This document shows positions 47,149 through 56,676 of a stretch of DNA of 64,000 bases, in pieces. The position numbers were made by a program, and so were the translations under genes. Below the pieces are notes generated by a model, which was not told where the DNA came from, ran no database searches, and saw nothing but the letters and a program-made list of their open reading frames with translations. The DNA is from a bacterium (lineage in GTDB: Bacteria > RBG-13-61-14 > DATKZS01), in contig DATKZS010000109.1 in assembly GCA_035527835.1 (NCBI GenBank), forward strand, positions 819 to 64,818, in the 5' to 3' direction. Position 1 is the first letter of the stretch, and the number at the start of each line of letters is the position of its first letter.

Positions 47149-48843
47149 ATGAGCTCGAACGGCATTCAGGGCAACCTCCTGGGCATCAGCCGGCAGAAGC
47201 AGGACGAGATCTCCCGGCTGTTCCGCCGCCGCATTCCCGCTGACCAGGTCACCACCCACGAGTTCAACCGCGAGCTGTGCGCGCTGAGCCACGAGATCGG
47301 CCGGCAAATCGGGACGCTGCTCAACCGGCGCGGCCAGGTGGAGAGCGTGGTGGTGGGCGGCGACAAGAGCCTGCTCCTCGGCGACGTGGGCCGGAGCCGG
47401 GGCGATCCTGCCCGGTTCCGCGGGTTGCGCTACGTACATACCCACTTGAAGCCGGAGCCGCTTTCGGAGGAGGACCTGACCGACCTCGGGCTCCTGCGCC
47501 TGGACCTGGTGCTGGCGGTGACGGTTGACGAGCAGGGGTATCCGGGGCCGTCGTACCTCGCGCACCTTCTGCCCTATAACCAGGAAGGCAGGCCGTACGA
47601 GGTCTATCCTCCGTTCGCTCCCGGGCAACTGGACATGGATTTCCAGGAGCTGATGCGGTCGCTGGAGGAGGAGTTCGCGCGGACCCGGCCCAAGCTCAAG
47701 GGCCGCGACCGGGAGGGCGTGATCCTGGTGAGCGTGCAGGTGGACGAATTCCGCGCGAATTCGCCGCTGCCGGCCGCGCCGCGGATTGATTCGATGGCGG
47801 AGCTCATGGAGCTGGCGCGGAGCGCGGGCGTTGACGTGCTGGACCAGGTGGTGCAGCGTAGGCCTAAGGCGCACCCGCGCACGGTGCTCGGCCCGGGCAA
47901 GCTCCAGGAGGTGGTGGTCCGGGCCATGCAGCTCGGCGCGGTCACGCTGATCTTCGACCGCGAGCTGTCGCCGTCGCAGGTGAACGCCATCCAGAAGCTG
48001 ACCGAGCTCAAGGTGATAGACCGGAGCCAGCTCATCCTCGACATCTTCGCGCAGCGGGCCAAGTCGCGGGAAGGAAAGATCCAGGTCGAGCTGGCGCAGC
48101 TCCGCTACAACCTGCCCCGCCTGGCCGGGCACGGAGTGGACATGTCGCGGCTGACCGGAGGCATCGGGAGCCGGGGGCCCGGCGAGACCAAGCTCGAGAT
48201 TGACCGCCGCCGCGTGCGCGAGCGCATCCACCGCCAGGAGCGGGAGCTCGAGAACATCCGCCGCACCCGGGCCCAGAAGCGGGAGCGCAGGAAAGCGCGG
48301 GAGGTCCCCGTGGTCTCGATCATCGGCTACACCAACGCCGGCAAGTCCACGCTCTTGAACCAGCTCACCGACTCCACGGTGGACGTGGAGGACAAGATGT
48401 TCGCCACCCTGGACCCCACCAGCCGCCGGCTGCGATTCCCCCGCGAGCGCGAGATCGTCATCACCGACACCGTGGGCTTCATCCACGAGCTGCCCAAAGA
48501 CCTGATGGAAGCCTTCCGCGCCACCCTCGAAGAGCTCGCGGACGCCGACCTCTTCCTCCATGTCGTGGACGCCGCCGACCCGTCATGGGACGGACAGATC
48601 AGCGCCGTGGGGAAAATCCTCGAAGAGCTCGAATTCAGCGACAAGCCCCGCATCATCGTCTTCAACAAGGCCGACCTCGCCGCCCCCTCCGACCTGGGCG
48701 CCCGCCTCGCCCGCTTCTCCGGATCCATCTCCATCTCCGCCCTCAACCGCCGTTCCTTCCTCCCCCTGCTCCTGGCCATGGAGCGGGAGCTGTTCCGGGA
48801 AAAGGAGCTCGATTCCACGGCGTGGCAATCGCTGGGGTATTGA
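47149..48843 (+). CDS. hflX: GTPase HflX (with N-terminal extension of about 170 aa)
   Basis: HflX N-domain, the G1 box GYTNAGKST, G3 DTVGF, and G4 NKAD are present. Confidence 0.8.
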   Translation: MSSNGIQGNLLGISRQKQDEISRLFRRRIPADQVTTHEFNRELCALSHEIGRQIGTLLNRRGQVESVVVGGDKSLLLGDVGRSRGDPARFRGLRYVHTHLKPEPLSEEDLTDLGLLRLDLVLAVTVDEQGYPGPSYLAHLLPYNQEGRPYEVYPPFAPGQLDMDFQELMRSLEEEFARTRPKLKGRDREGVILVSVQVDEFRANSPLPAAPRIDSMAELMELARSAGVDVLDQVVQRRPKAHPRTVLGPGKLQEVVVRAMQLGAVTLIFDRELSPSQVNAIQKLTELKVIDRSQLILDIFAQRAKSREGKIQVELAQLRYNLPRLAGHGVDMSRLTGGIGSRGPGETKLEIDRRRVRERIHRQERELENIRRTRAQKRERRKAREVPVVSIIGYTNAGKSTLLNQLTDSTVDVEDKMFATLDPTSRRLRFPREREIVITDTVGFIHELPKDLMEAFRATLEELADADLFLHVVDAADPSWDGQISAVGKILEELEFSDKPRIIVFNKADLAAPSDLGARLARFSGSISISALNRRSFLPLLLAMERELFREKELDSTAWQSLGY

Positions 48844-48975
48844 GCGGCTTTTGCCCCGCGGCTCTTCATGCCGCGAGGAAGCGCTCTGAGCACGTGAAAA
48901 GGCGCTGGGCGTGATGCCTGCCGGGCCCGTCGCCGGCGCGATTGAAGGGACCTATGGTATTGGTTACAATGCCAG

Positions 48976-50799
48976 TTGTGTCAGGTGATGGAAAGCGCTA
49001 GTGTCAGAAATCTCTCCCGGCATCTGCCGCTCGCGGCGATCGTGGCGCTGGCCGCGGCCTTCCGGATCGCGCTCCTGATCGAGCATTATCATAGCCCGCT
49101 GTTCACGTTCCTCCGGCTTGACGAGCTGCAGTACGAGGAAGGGGCGCTGGGCGCCATGCAGGGCGAGCTGTTCCAGCATTACGTTCCCACCAACGCGCCC
49201 GGGTATTCGTGGTTTTTGGGCGCGCTCTATTACGTGTTCGGGCATAGCCTCATGGTCCCGCGCCTCGCCCAGATCGCCCTCGGACTCGCCTCCATCATCA
49301 TCGCGCACCGCGTCGCGCGGCGGCTTTTTTCGGAGGCGGCTGGACTCATGGCGGCGCTCATCCTGGCGCTGTACTGGCCGCTGATGATCTTCGAGCAGCG
49401 CCTGCTCTCGGCGTCGTTGTTCGTGTTCCTGAACCTCGCGGGCCTGTGGGCGGCGGCGCGGGCGGCACAGGGGGAATCATCGCGGCCGTGGGCGCTGGCC
49501 GGATTGATTTTCGGGGCGGCGGCGCTGGTGCGGCCGGAGGCCATGCTCATCATCATCGCTTACATCGTCTGGCTCTGCGGGCGGGCGGCGCGGGAAAAAA
49601 GCTGGCGCCGGATGGAGCAGGCGCTCGGGCTCACTGCCCTGGCCTTCCTGGTGGTCGCGCCGGTGGTGCAGGTGCAGCACGGCTTAAGCGGCGAGTGGAT
49701 GCTGCTGCAGAGTAACGGCGGGCTTAACCTCTACCTCGGCAACAACCCGGACTCCGACGGAACTCCGTATGCGCGGCCGGGAGGAGCGTGGGACGCGCTC
49801 ACGGCCATGCCGGCCAGGCAAGGGGCGCTGACGGACGCGGAGCAGGACCGCTGGTTCGCGCGCAAGGCCTGGGAGTTCGCGCGGAGCGAGCCCATGGATT
49901 TCCTGAAGCTCGTGCTGAAGAAGTCGGCCCTGCTCGCGAGCCATCGTGAGGTCCGGGCCACGATTGACCCGGAGTTCCATCGGTCGCTGTTCCGAGTCCT
50001 TAAGCTGCCCTTGCCCGGGTTCGCGCTGGTATTGGGACTGGCCGTGCCGGGCCTGCTGGCGCTCTGGCCCATGAAAAAAGGCCGTCAGGCGCTGCTCATT
50101 TATATTGGAGTTTATGCCGCGGCCACCGTCGGCGCCGTGGTCTCGTCGCGCTACCGGCTGCCGTTCACGGCGGGCATTATCATCCTCTCCGGCGCGGGCG
50201 CGGCCAGGGTGGTGGAGGCCGCGCGGGCGCTTCGGCGCGGCTTGGCGGGAGGCCGGGAGGCGGTGTCGAAAAGATCGCTCGCGCCGCTGGCGCTCCTGGC
50301 TTTAGGGCTGGCGGCGGCGTACCTGCCGGTGCGGATAGGTTACAACGCGGCGGAGGAATACGCGTACCTGGGCGATGCCTGGATGAATCATAAGAACGTG
50401 GCCCGCGCGGCCGAGAGTTATCAAGAGGCGCTCAAGCTGGGTCCCTCCCGCGCTCAGGCCATGAGGGGGCTGGCCCGGATCGAGCTCGGCCAGGGCGGGA
50501 CCGGGGCGGCGGAGCAATGGCTGCGGCGGGCCGTGGCCGCGGACCCGGCCGGCGCGGAGGGGCATTACGAGCTGGGATCGCTCTGGTGGCGCCAAGGCCG
50601 GAAGGATGAGGCAATCAAGGAATTGGGGACGGCGGTGGATTGCTCTCCGCAGTCCATCATGATGCTCTACTGGCTCGCCTACTACGAGCGGCTGGCGGGC
50701 AACACGGAGGACGCGAAGCAACGGCTCATGAGCGCGCTCCTGCTCCGGCCGGACTTCGAGCCGGCGCGGCAGATGCTCCTCGAAATGGAGTCCCGGTAA
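48976..50799 (+). CDS. GT-C glycosyltransferase (GT39/ArnT/PMT-like) fused to C-terminal TPR repeats
   Basis: The N-terminal polytopic domain of roughly 10 TM helices has the typical PMT/ArnT spacing, and the C-terminal TPR block carries motifs such as AxxxYxxAL. It is paralogous to the next gene. Confidence 0.7.
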   Translation: MCQVMESASVRNLSRHLPLAAIVALAAAFRIALLIEHYHSPLFTFLRLDELQYEEGALGAMQGELFQHYVPTNAPGYSWFLGALYYVFGHSLMVPRLAQIALGLASIIIAHRVARRLFSEAAGLMAALILALYWPLMIFEQRLLSASLFVFLNLAGLWAAARAAQGESSRPWALAGLIFGAAALVRPEAMLIIIAYIVWLCGRAAREKSWRRMEQALGLTALAFLVVAPVVQVQHGLSGEWMLLQSNGGLNLYLGNNPDSDGTPYARPGGAWDALTAMPARQGALTDAEQDRWFARKAWEFARSEPMDFLKLVLKKSALLASHREVRATIDPEFHRSLFRVLKLPLPGFALVLGLAVPGLLALWPMKKGRQALLIYIGVYAAATVGAVVSSRYRLPFTAGIIILSGAGAARVVEAARALRRGLAGGREAVSKRSLAPLALLALGLAAAYLPVRIGYNAAEEYAYLGDAWMNHKNVARAAESYQEALKLGPSRAQAMRGLARIELGQGGTGAAEQWLRRAVAADPAGAEGHYELGSLWWRQGRKDEAIKELGTAVDCSPQSIMMLYWLAYYERLAGNTEDAKQRLMSALLLRPDFEPARQMLLEMESR

Positions 50800-52662
50800 A
50801 TGGCATCCTCGATGACAGCAGCCGGCCGCGGCCACGGATTCATATCCCGCGGCTTCCCGCTCCTCCTGGTGCTGCCGGCCGCCGCGGCCTTCCGCATCGC
50901 TCTGCTCTGGGAGCATTCGCGCAGCCCGCTGTTCCATTACCTGCGGATTGACGAGGGCGAGTATGATCTGTGGGCGCGGGACGTGGCTAACGGTTTTTTG
51001 TTCCCGGACACGCTGGCCAATCACGGGGCGGGGTATCCGTGGCTCTTGGGAGGGCTCTACTATTTTTTCGGCCCTGGCCTTATACTGCCGCGTCTGGTCC
51101 AGATGGCGCTGGGCCTCGCATCCATCGTCCTGGTCCATCGGATCGCCGCGCGGCTTTTCAACAAGGGCGCGGCGCTGGCCGCGGCCCTGCTCTTCGGGCT
51201 GTACTGGCCGCAGATGCTCTTTGAGCAGCGCATCCTGGACGCGACGCTGTTCACGTTCCTGAACCTGGCCTGGCTCCTTGGCGCGGTGCGGGCCGTGGAG
51301 AGCGGAAGGGCGCGGGCCTGGGCGGCCACCGGATTGCTGATCGGCGCGGCGGCGGTGGTCCGGCCGACGCCGGTGATCTGTCTGGCCGCGCTCTTTGTCT
51401 GGCTCATGTATCGCGCGGCGCGGGAACGGAGCCAGGCGCCCGCGCTCGGGGCGTTGGCCATGCTCGCGGCGTGTCTCATCATAATCTTGCCGGTGATGGC
51501 CGGCGGCCGGCTGGCGTCGGGCCACTGGTCGCTCTTGCAGGCGGAGGGCGGGCTGAACCTTTACATCGGCAATAATCCGGACGCGGACGGGACGCCGTAT
51601 GCTCGGCCGGGCGGCGTTTACGACCGGCTCCAGGCGCTGCCGGTCGCGGAGGCCGGGATCACCGACCCGGCGGGGCAGGACCGGTTTTATATGAAAAAAA
51701 TTTTTGAGTTCATGCGGCGCGACCCGGCGCGGTTCTGGAAGCTGCAGCTTAAAAAGGCGGCGCTGCTCGTGAACCATCGCGAGCTCAGGGCGAGTGTCAA
51801 TCCCGAGTTCCAGCGGTCGCTGTTTCCGGCGCTTAGGCTGCCGCTGCCCGGCTTCGGCGTCATCCTGGCGCTGGCGCTGGCGGGGCTGCCGGCTCTCAGG
51901 TGGAGGCGGCGCGGCCATCAGGTATTCATGATCCATCTGGCGGCGTTCGCCGGCTTCACTGTTGCCACGGTGGTCTCCAGCCGGTACCGGCTGCCCCTGG
52001 CCGCGGGGATGATGGTCCTGGCGGGCGCCGGCGCGATGGAGCTTGGGCGGGCTGCGCTCCTGATGCGCGGCAAGGAACAGGGGCGGCGCGGAAGGCTGCC
52101 GCGGGCGGCGGCGCCGGTGGCGCTCATGCTGCTCGGGCTCGGACTCTCGCGTCTGCCGGTGGCGCCGCACTACACGGACGCGGAGGACTGGTCGTATATG
52201 GGCGGCGCGTGGCTGGAGCAGGGGAACCGGGAGCGCGCGGCGGACTCGTATGAAAAAGCGCTCGCGCTTGATCCGTCTTTGGCGGAGGCCATGATGGGCA
52301 TGGCGCGGCTGGAGCAGGAGAACGGCGATGCCGGCGCGGCGCGCCAATGGCTCACGCGCGCGGCCGCGGCCGATCCCGGCGGCGCAGCGGCGCACCATGC
52401 GCTCGGGCTGTTGTTGTGGGAGCAGGGCGAAAAGACGCGGGCCATTGCGGAGCTGACTCAGGCCGTTCATTTAAGGCCGCAGTGGCTTCCGGGCTATAAT
52501 GACCTGGCGCGGCGGGAGTGGGACATGGGGATGCATGACCAGGCGATAGCTCATCTCAAGACGGTGCTCAGGATGTATCCGGATTTCAGCGAGCTGAAGG
52601 CCCTGGTGCGCGAGCTGGAACGGGAGGCGGCGCGGCCGGCGGGCGGGGGTTCCGGGCCGTGA
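50800..52662 (+). CDS. GT-C glycosyltransferase (GT39/ArnT/PMT-like) fused to TPR repeats (tandem paralog)
   Basis: The protein aligns along its full length with the preceding gene (roughly 45-50% identity by eye) and shares the same domain order. Confidence 0.7.
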   Translation: MASSMTAAGRGHGFISRGFPLLLVLPAAAAFRIALLWEHSRSPLFHYLRIDEGEYDLWARDVANGFLFPDTLANHGAGYPWLLGGLYYFFGPGLILPRLVQMALGLASIVLVHRIAARLFNKGAALAAALLFGLYWPQMLFEQRILDATLFTFLNLAWLLGAVRAVESGRARAWAATGLLIGAAAVVRPTPVICLAALFVWLMYRAARERSQAPALGALAMLAACLIIILPVMAGGRLASGHWSLLQAEGGLNLYIGNNPDADGTPYARPGGVYDRLQALPVAEAGITDPAGQDRFYMKKIFEFMRRDPARFWKLQLKKAALLVNHRELRASVNPEFQRSLFPALRLPLPGFGVILALALAGLPALRWRRRGHQVFMIHLAAFAGFTVATVVSSRYRLPLAAGMMVLAGAGAMELGRAALLMRGKEQGRRGRLPRAAAPVALMLLGLGLSRLPVAPHYTDAEDWSYMGGAWLEQGNRERAADSYEKALALDPSLAEAMMGMARLEQENGDAGAARQWLTRAAAADPGGAAAHHALGLLLWEQGEKTRAIAELTQAVHLRPQWLPGYNDLARREWDMGMHDQAIAHLKTVLRMYPDFSELKALVRELEREAARPAGGGSGP

Positions 52663-54389
52663 AGCGGGAGCGCTTTATTCCGGCCATGCTGGCCGCGGTG
52701 ATGGCGGCGGCGTTCCTGGTCAACGCGCCTTCCCTCGGCTACGGCTTTGTTTTCGACGAGCGGTTACTGATCGTTGATAACCCGGTGGTGCACGACCTGG
52801 CGAACGCGGGGCGGATGTTCGGCGAGAAGTTCTGGCCGGGCCCGGCGCGGGGGATTTACTACCGGCCGCTGGTGACGCTCTCTTATGCGGCGGGCTATGC
52901 CGTGGCGGGGGAGACGCCGTGGGTCGAGCACCTGATCAACGCGTTGGCGCACGCGCTGGCCTCGGGGCTCATGTTGCTCCTCCTGGTCCGGCTCACGGGC
53001 AAGGAGCGGGTTGCGGCGCTGGCGGCGATGATCTTCGCGGTGCATCCGGCGCACGTGGAGTCCGTGGTGTGGGTGCCGGGCCGCACCGACGTTTTCGCCG
53101 CGATGTTCATGATGGCGTCCTGGGTCATGCTGCTTCGGGCCCGGGACCGGGGAGACCATGCCGGCCGCGCCGCGCCGTATTCCCTGGCCGCCCTGTTCTA
53201 CCTGGCCGCGCTGTTTTCGAAGGAGATCGCGGTGACGCTGCCGGCGCTCATCGTGGCGCACGATTTTTTCCAGCGCCGATCCGCCATGAGAAAGCGCGTG
53301 TATGAATACGCGGCCCTGGCGCTTATCACCGCGGCGTTCATGGCGTGGCGGACGCACGTGCTCTCGGCGCCCGGCCCGGCGCCGGCGCCCAACGCCCTGG
53401 CCGGGCTCTCCCCGGCCCGCTCCGCGCAGGCGATTATCATGGTCTTCGCCTATGCCCTGAAGCTCCTCGCATTGCCCTGGTTCTGGCGCATTGATTTTGC
53501 CTACGCCGCGAAGATCACCTCGGCGCCGGCGTGGGCCGGAGTCCTGTCCGCCGCCGTGGCCGCGCTCCTGATCGGGGCGGCGGCCGGGTCATGGAGACGG
53601 GGCCCGTCCGCCTCATTTTTTATCGCGGGCTTCTTCATCAGCGTCCTGCCGTTCTCGCAGCTCGTTCCCTTTCCGACGTTGTTCGCCCAAAGATTTTTGT
53701 ATCTGCCGAGCCTGTTCATCTGCGGCCTCGCTGCGTCCATGCTCATTCTTGCCGCGGAGAGGCTGAAGAAGTCCGGAAGCGGGGCCGGAAGCGGGGCCGG
53801 ACGCGTGGCTTTCGCCATCCTGCTGGCGGCCGTATTGCTGGCGCTGGGGCCGCTGTATATCGCGAAGGGACGGGTGTTCAGGAATGACCTGACTTTCTGG
53901 CGGGCCGCGGTGCAACAGGTCCCGGAATTGGCGCTGGCCCACAACAACCTGGGGATCGCCTATCGCGACCGGGGCCTGATGGCCGCGGCCCAGGCGGAAT
54001 ATGAAAAGACCATTGAGCTTGACCCTTCCTATCACGTTGCGCGGATGAACCTGGCCGAGATCGTGATCAAGAACGGAGACCTGGCGCGGGGGATCGCGCT
54101 GCTCGAGCAAGCGGCGGCGGAAGATCCGCAAAACCCGGCGGTCAGGAACAACCTGGGCCTGGCCTATATGAGCGCGGGGCGGGCGGGTGACGCCAGGGTC
54201 CAGTGGGAGGCCGCCCTGGCCCTGGACCCGTCAAATTTCATCGCGCACGTTCAACTCGCCCACTATTACCTGGAGTCGCGGCCGGACCTTGCGGCGGCCC
54301 GGAAGCACCTTGCCGCCGCGCGTGAAATCATGCCCGGCCACCCCCTGGTGCTCGAACTGGAGCGGGAGATCCGGGAGCGGGGACCGTGA
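52659..54389 (+). CDS. TMTC/DUF1736-like GT-C glycosyltransferase with C-terminal TPR repeats
   Basis: A different N-terminal family is present (FAVHPAHVESVVWV motif). TPR repeats are at the C-terminus. A 4-nt start/stop overlap with the upstream gene is present. Confidence 0.6.
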   Translation: MKRERFIPAMLAAVMAAAFLVNAPSLGYGFVFDERLLIVDNPVVHDLANAGRMFGEKFWPGPARGIYYRPLVTLSYAAGYAVAGETPWVEHLINALAHALASGLMLLLLVRLTGKERVAALAAMIFAVHPAHVESVVWVPGRTDVFAAMFMMASWVMLLRARDRGDHAGRAAPYSLAALFYLAALFSKEIAVTLPALIVAHDFFQRRSAMRKRVYEYAALALITAAFMAWRTHVLSAPGPAPAPNALAGLSPARSAQAIIMVFAYALKLLALPWFWRIDFAYAAKITSAPAWAGVLSAAVAALLIGAAAGSWRRGPSASFFIAGFFISVLPFSQLVPFPTLFAQRFLYLPSLFICGLAASMLILAAERLKKSGSGAGSGAGRVAFAILLAAVLLALGPLYIAKGRVFRNDLTFWRAAVQQVPELALAHNNLGIAYRDRGLMAAAQAEYEKTIELDPSYHVARMNLAEIVIKNGDLARGIALLEQAAAEDPQNPAVRNNLGLAYMSAGRAGDARVQWEAALALDPSNFIAHVQLAHYYLESRPDLAAARKHLAAAREIMPGHPLVLELEREIRERGP

Positions 54390-54435
54390 GGGGCCAGAGG
54401 CTTGGGGCTTGGGGCTTGAGGCTCGGGGCGCGGGA
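54390..54435. repeat. heptanucleotide tract (GGCTTGR)n
   Basis: Sequence ggccagaggcttggggcttggggcttgaggctcgggg. It belongs to the same family as the tracts at 11840 and 12360. Confidence 0.6.
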
Positions 54436-54470
54436 GATCCGTGAGCGGGGACCGGGAGGCCGGAGGGGCT

Positions 54471-55169
54471 TCACGCCTTCTTTTTCTTCCGGGAATCCAG
54501 ATAGAGGGCCACGATCTCTTTGCCCGCCCGCGCCATCACTCGCGCGCTTCCGCCGGTATTAAAGCCTTTCAATCTCGGCTTGTGGGTCACGGCGATCTCC
54601 ACCGGGTCCACGCCCTGTTTCGCGGCCACGGCCAGAATCTCGGCGTTGATGAGCGCGCCGCGGCTTAGGAACTCGTGTCCGCTGATCAGGTCTTTCCGGA
54701 AGAGCTTGAAGGCGCAGTTGACGTCGGTGGCCTTGACCTTGAACAGCGCCCGGACGGCGGCGGAGAAGATGAAGCCATAGGCGCGGCGGCGCCAGGGATC
54801 GGCGCGGCGGGCGCGGAGGCCGGTGATGAAGCGGTGGCCGGGGGCCTCGGCGGCGAGCCGGCTGAGCTCGGCCGGGTCGAACTGTCCGTCGGCGTCGGTG
54901 AAAAAGATCCAGTCGTACTTCGCGGCCGCGAAGCCGGAGGTGAGCGCCGCGCCGTAGCCCCGCCGTTTTTCATGATGCACCACGCGGACCCGGCCGTCGC
55001 TCTTCGCCAGCCCATCGGCCACGGCGGCGGTGCCGTCCCGCGACCCGTCGTCCACGATGATGATCTCATAACGCGCGGCCGCGCCCGCCAGGGCCGCGGC
55101 CAGGCCCTCCACCACCGCGGCCAGATTTTCCGATTCATTCAGCGCGGGCAGGACCACGGAAATCTCCAT
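54471..55169 (-). CDS. GT2 polyprenyl-phosphate sugar synthase (DPM1/ArnC-like)
   Basis: The start MEISVVLPALNE and motifs DDGSRDGT and TDAD are present. The longer ORF to 55253 adds 28 residues without a ribosome-binding site. Confidence 0.75.
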   Translation of the reverse strand: MEISVVLPALNESENLAAVVEGLAAALAGAAARYEIIIVDDGSRDGTAAVADGLAKSDGRVRVVHHEKRRGYGAALTSGFAAAKYDWIFFTDADGQFDPAELSRLAAEAPGHRFITGLRARRADPWRRRAYGFIFSAAVRALFKVKATDVNCAFKLFRKDLISGHEFLSRGALINAEILAVAAKQGVDPVEIAVTHKPRLKGFNTGGSARVMARAGKEIVALYLDSRKKKKA

Positions 55170-55492
55170 GGAGTTATCATGTGGCATGGCAAGCAAAGGT
55201 TTAACATTTTGACCCGGTCCGCGCAAACCGGAGACATGGGCGGACGCCGGCAACGTCCGGGCGGCCCGGGCCCGGGGCCTTCACGGTGAATGCCCTCCGT
55301 CCCATACGCGATCTTTTTGCCAAGGCCACGGGGCCATGCTATTATTAATTATTGGTTCGCGTGACGGCCAAGGACACTGGCCGCGAAAGGGCGGGAACTT
55401 TTTTTACCCTGTTGGTTCCCAACGGAAAGCAACAATAGAACATTGAGTTATGAATCCGGGGCGAGCGCTCGGCCCCGGGGGAGCGGCTGGAA

Positions 55493-56551
55493 TTGAACGA
55501 CGACATGGCGGCGCCGGCGATGAAGGATGAAAAGAATCCTGAAGGGACGCAGGGCCAGTCCCCGGCCCAGACCCCGGAGAAAAAGCCGGCCAAGAAGAAA
55601 GCCGATAAGCCCGGGGTGAAGAAGGCCGCGAAGCCCCTGGATCCGGCGGTGGCGGAGGCCCGGGCGCATGACGCGCAGAACCGGACGATCCTTGAATCGG
55701 CGGGCAAGATCGCGGACCGGATCCAGGCGCGGCAGATTTTCATGATTATCGAGGATCCGTCGGAATGCAAGATTCCGGCGGCGCTGGCCAGCCGGAAGAA
55801 CTTCGTGCTGGTGGTCAGCGAGCGGACGGTGAACGACGAGCTGCGCAAGCAGTACAAGAACATCCTGACCCTTCCCGATCTTCACCTCACGCGCATGGGC
55901 AAGGTCAAGATGGCGGTGATGCGGAGCCTGTCCGCGCACATGATCGCCCATGGCGACAAGATCGTGTGCGTCACGGGCTCGCGCGGGCTGCCCACGGTTG
56001 ACACGATGGTAGTGCTCGACATCGGCAAGGAGTTCGAGCTGATGGGCTCCGCGGAAATCGCCAACATCTCGACGCAGGTGCGGACGGAGGTGTTCGAGGA
56101 GCTGGTGACCATCTCCACCGAGCTGGCCAACCAGGGACGCGAGGGCAAGCCCATCGGCGCGATCTTCGTGCTCGGGGACACGGACAAGGTGATGCAGCTC
56201 TCGCGGCAGTTGATCTTCAACCCCTTCCACGGCTACCCGGAGGAGGAGAGGAACATCCTGGACCCGCGGCTCAAGGACACGATCAAGGAGTTCTCCGCCC
56301 TCGACGGGGCTTTTGTCATCCGCGACGACGGGGTGATCATGGCGGCGGGCCGGCACCTGAACGCGGTGCTGGAAGAGGAGTCGCTGCCGCAGGGACTGGG
56401 CGCGCGGCACGCCGCCGCCGCCGGCATGACCGACGTGACCAACTCCACCGCCATCGTGGTCTCGGAGAGCACGGGCACGGTCCGGATTTTCAGGAACGGC
56501 AAAATCTTCATGGAAATCGAGAAAGCCGCCGCCGCCCCCCACAAACGATGA
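55493..56551 (+). CDS. diadenylate cyclase (DAC domain) protein with N-terminal lysine-rich histone-H1-like tail
   Basis: The C-terminal DAC motifs DGAFVIRDDG, LGARHAAA, and VVSESTG are present. The N-terminus carries KKPAKKKADKPGVKKAAKP. Confidence 0.65.
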   Translation: MNDDMAAPAMKDEKNPEGTQGQSPAQTPEKKPAKKKADKPGVKKAAKPLDPAVAEARAHDAQNRTILESAGKIADRIQARQIFMIIEDPSECKIPAALASRKNFVLVVSERTVNDELRKQYKNILTLPDLHLTRMGKVKMAVMRSLSAHMIAHGDKIVCVTGSRGLPTVDTMVVLDIGKEFELMGSAEIANISTQVRTEVFEELVTISTELANQGREGKPIGAIFVLGDTDKVMQLSRQLIFNPFHGYPEEERNILDPRLKDTIKEFSALDGAFVIRDDGVIMAAGRHLNAVLEEESLPQGLGARHAAAAGMTDVTNSTAIVVSESTGTVRIFRNGKIFMEIEKAAAAPHKR

Positions 56552-56676
56552 CTCCGCCTCTCCCGCCTGCTCCGGGCGGCGCCGGCCAGGCTCTGGCGGC
56601 AAGGGAAAAAGCCAATCTATGGTAGACTAATAAAACGCCGGCGCGGTCCTTACCGCGCCGGGCGGCGCTGGCGGAC

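Noticed and set aside
50302-52470. 722-aa minus-strand ORF over the GT39-like genes
   Set aside because: Arg/Pro/Gln-rich antisense translation. The plus frames encode coherent polytopic membrane proteins with TPR repeats.
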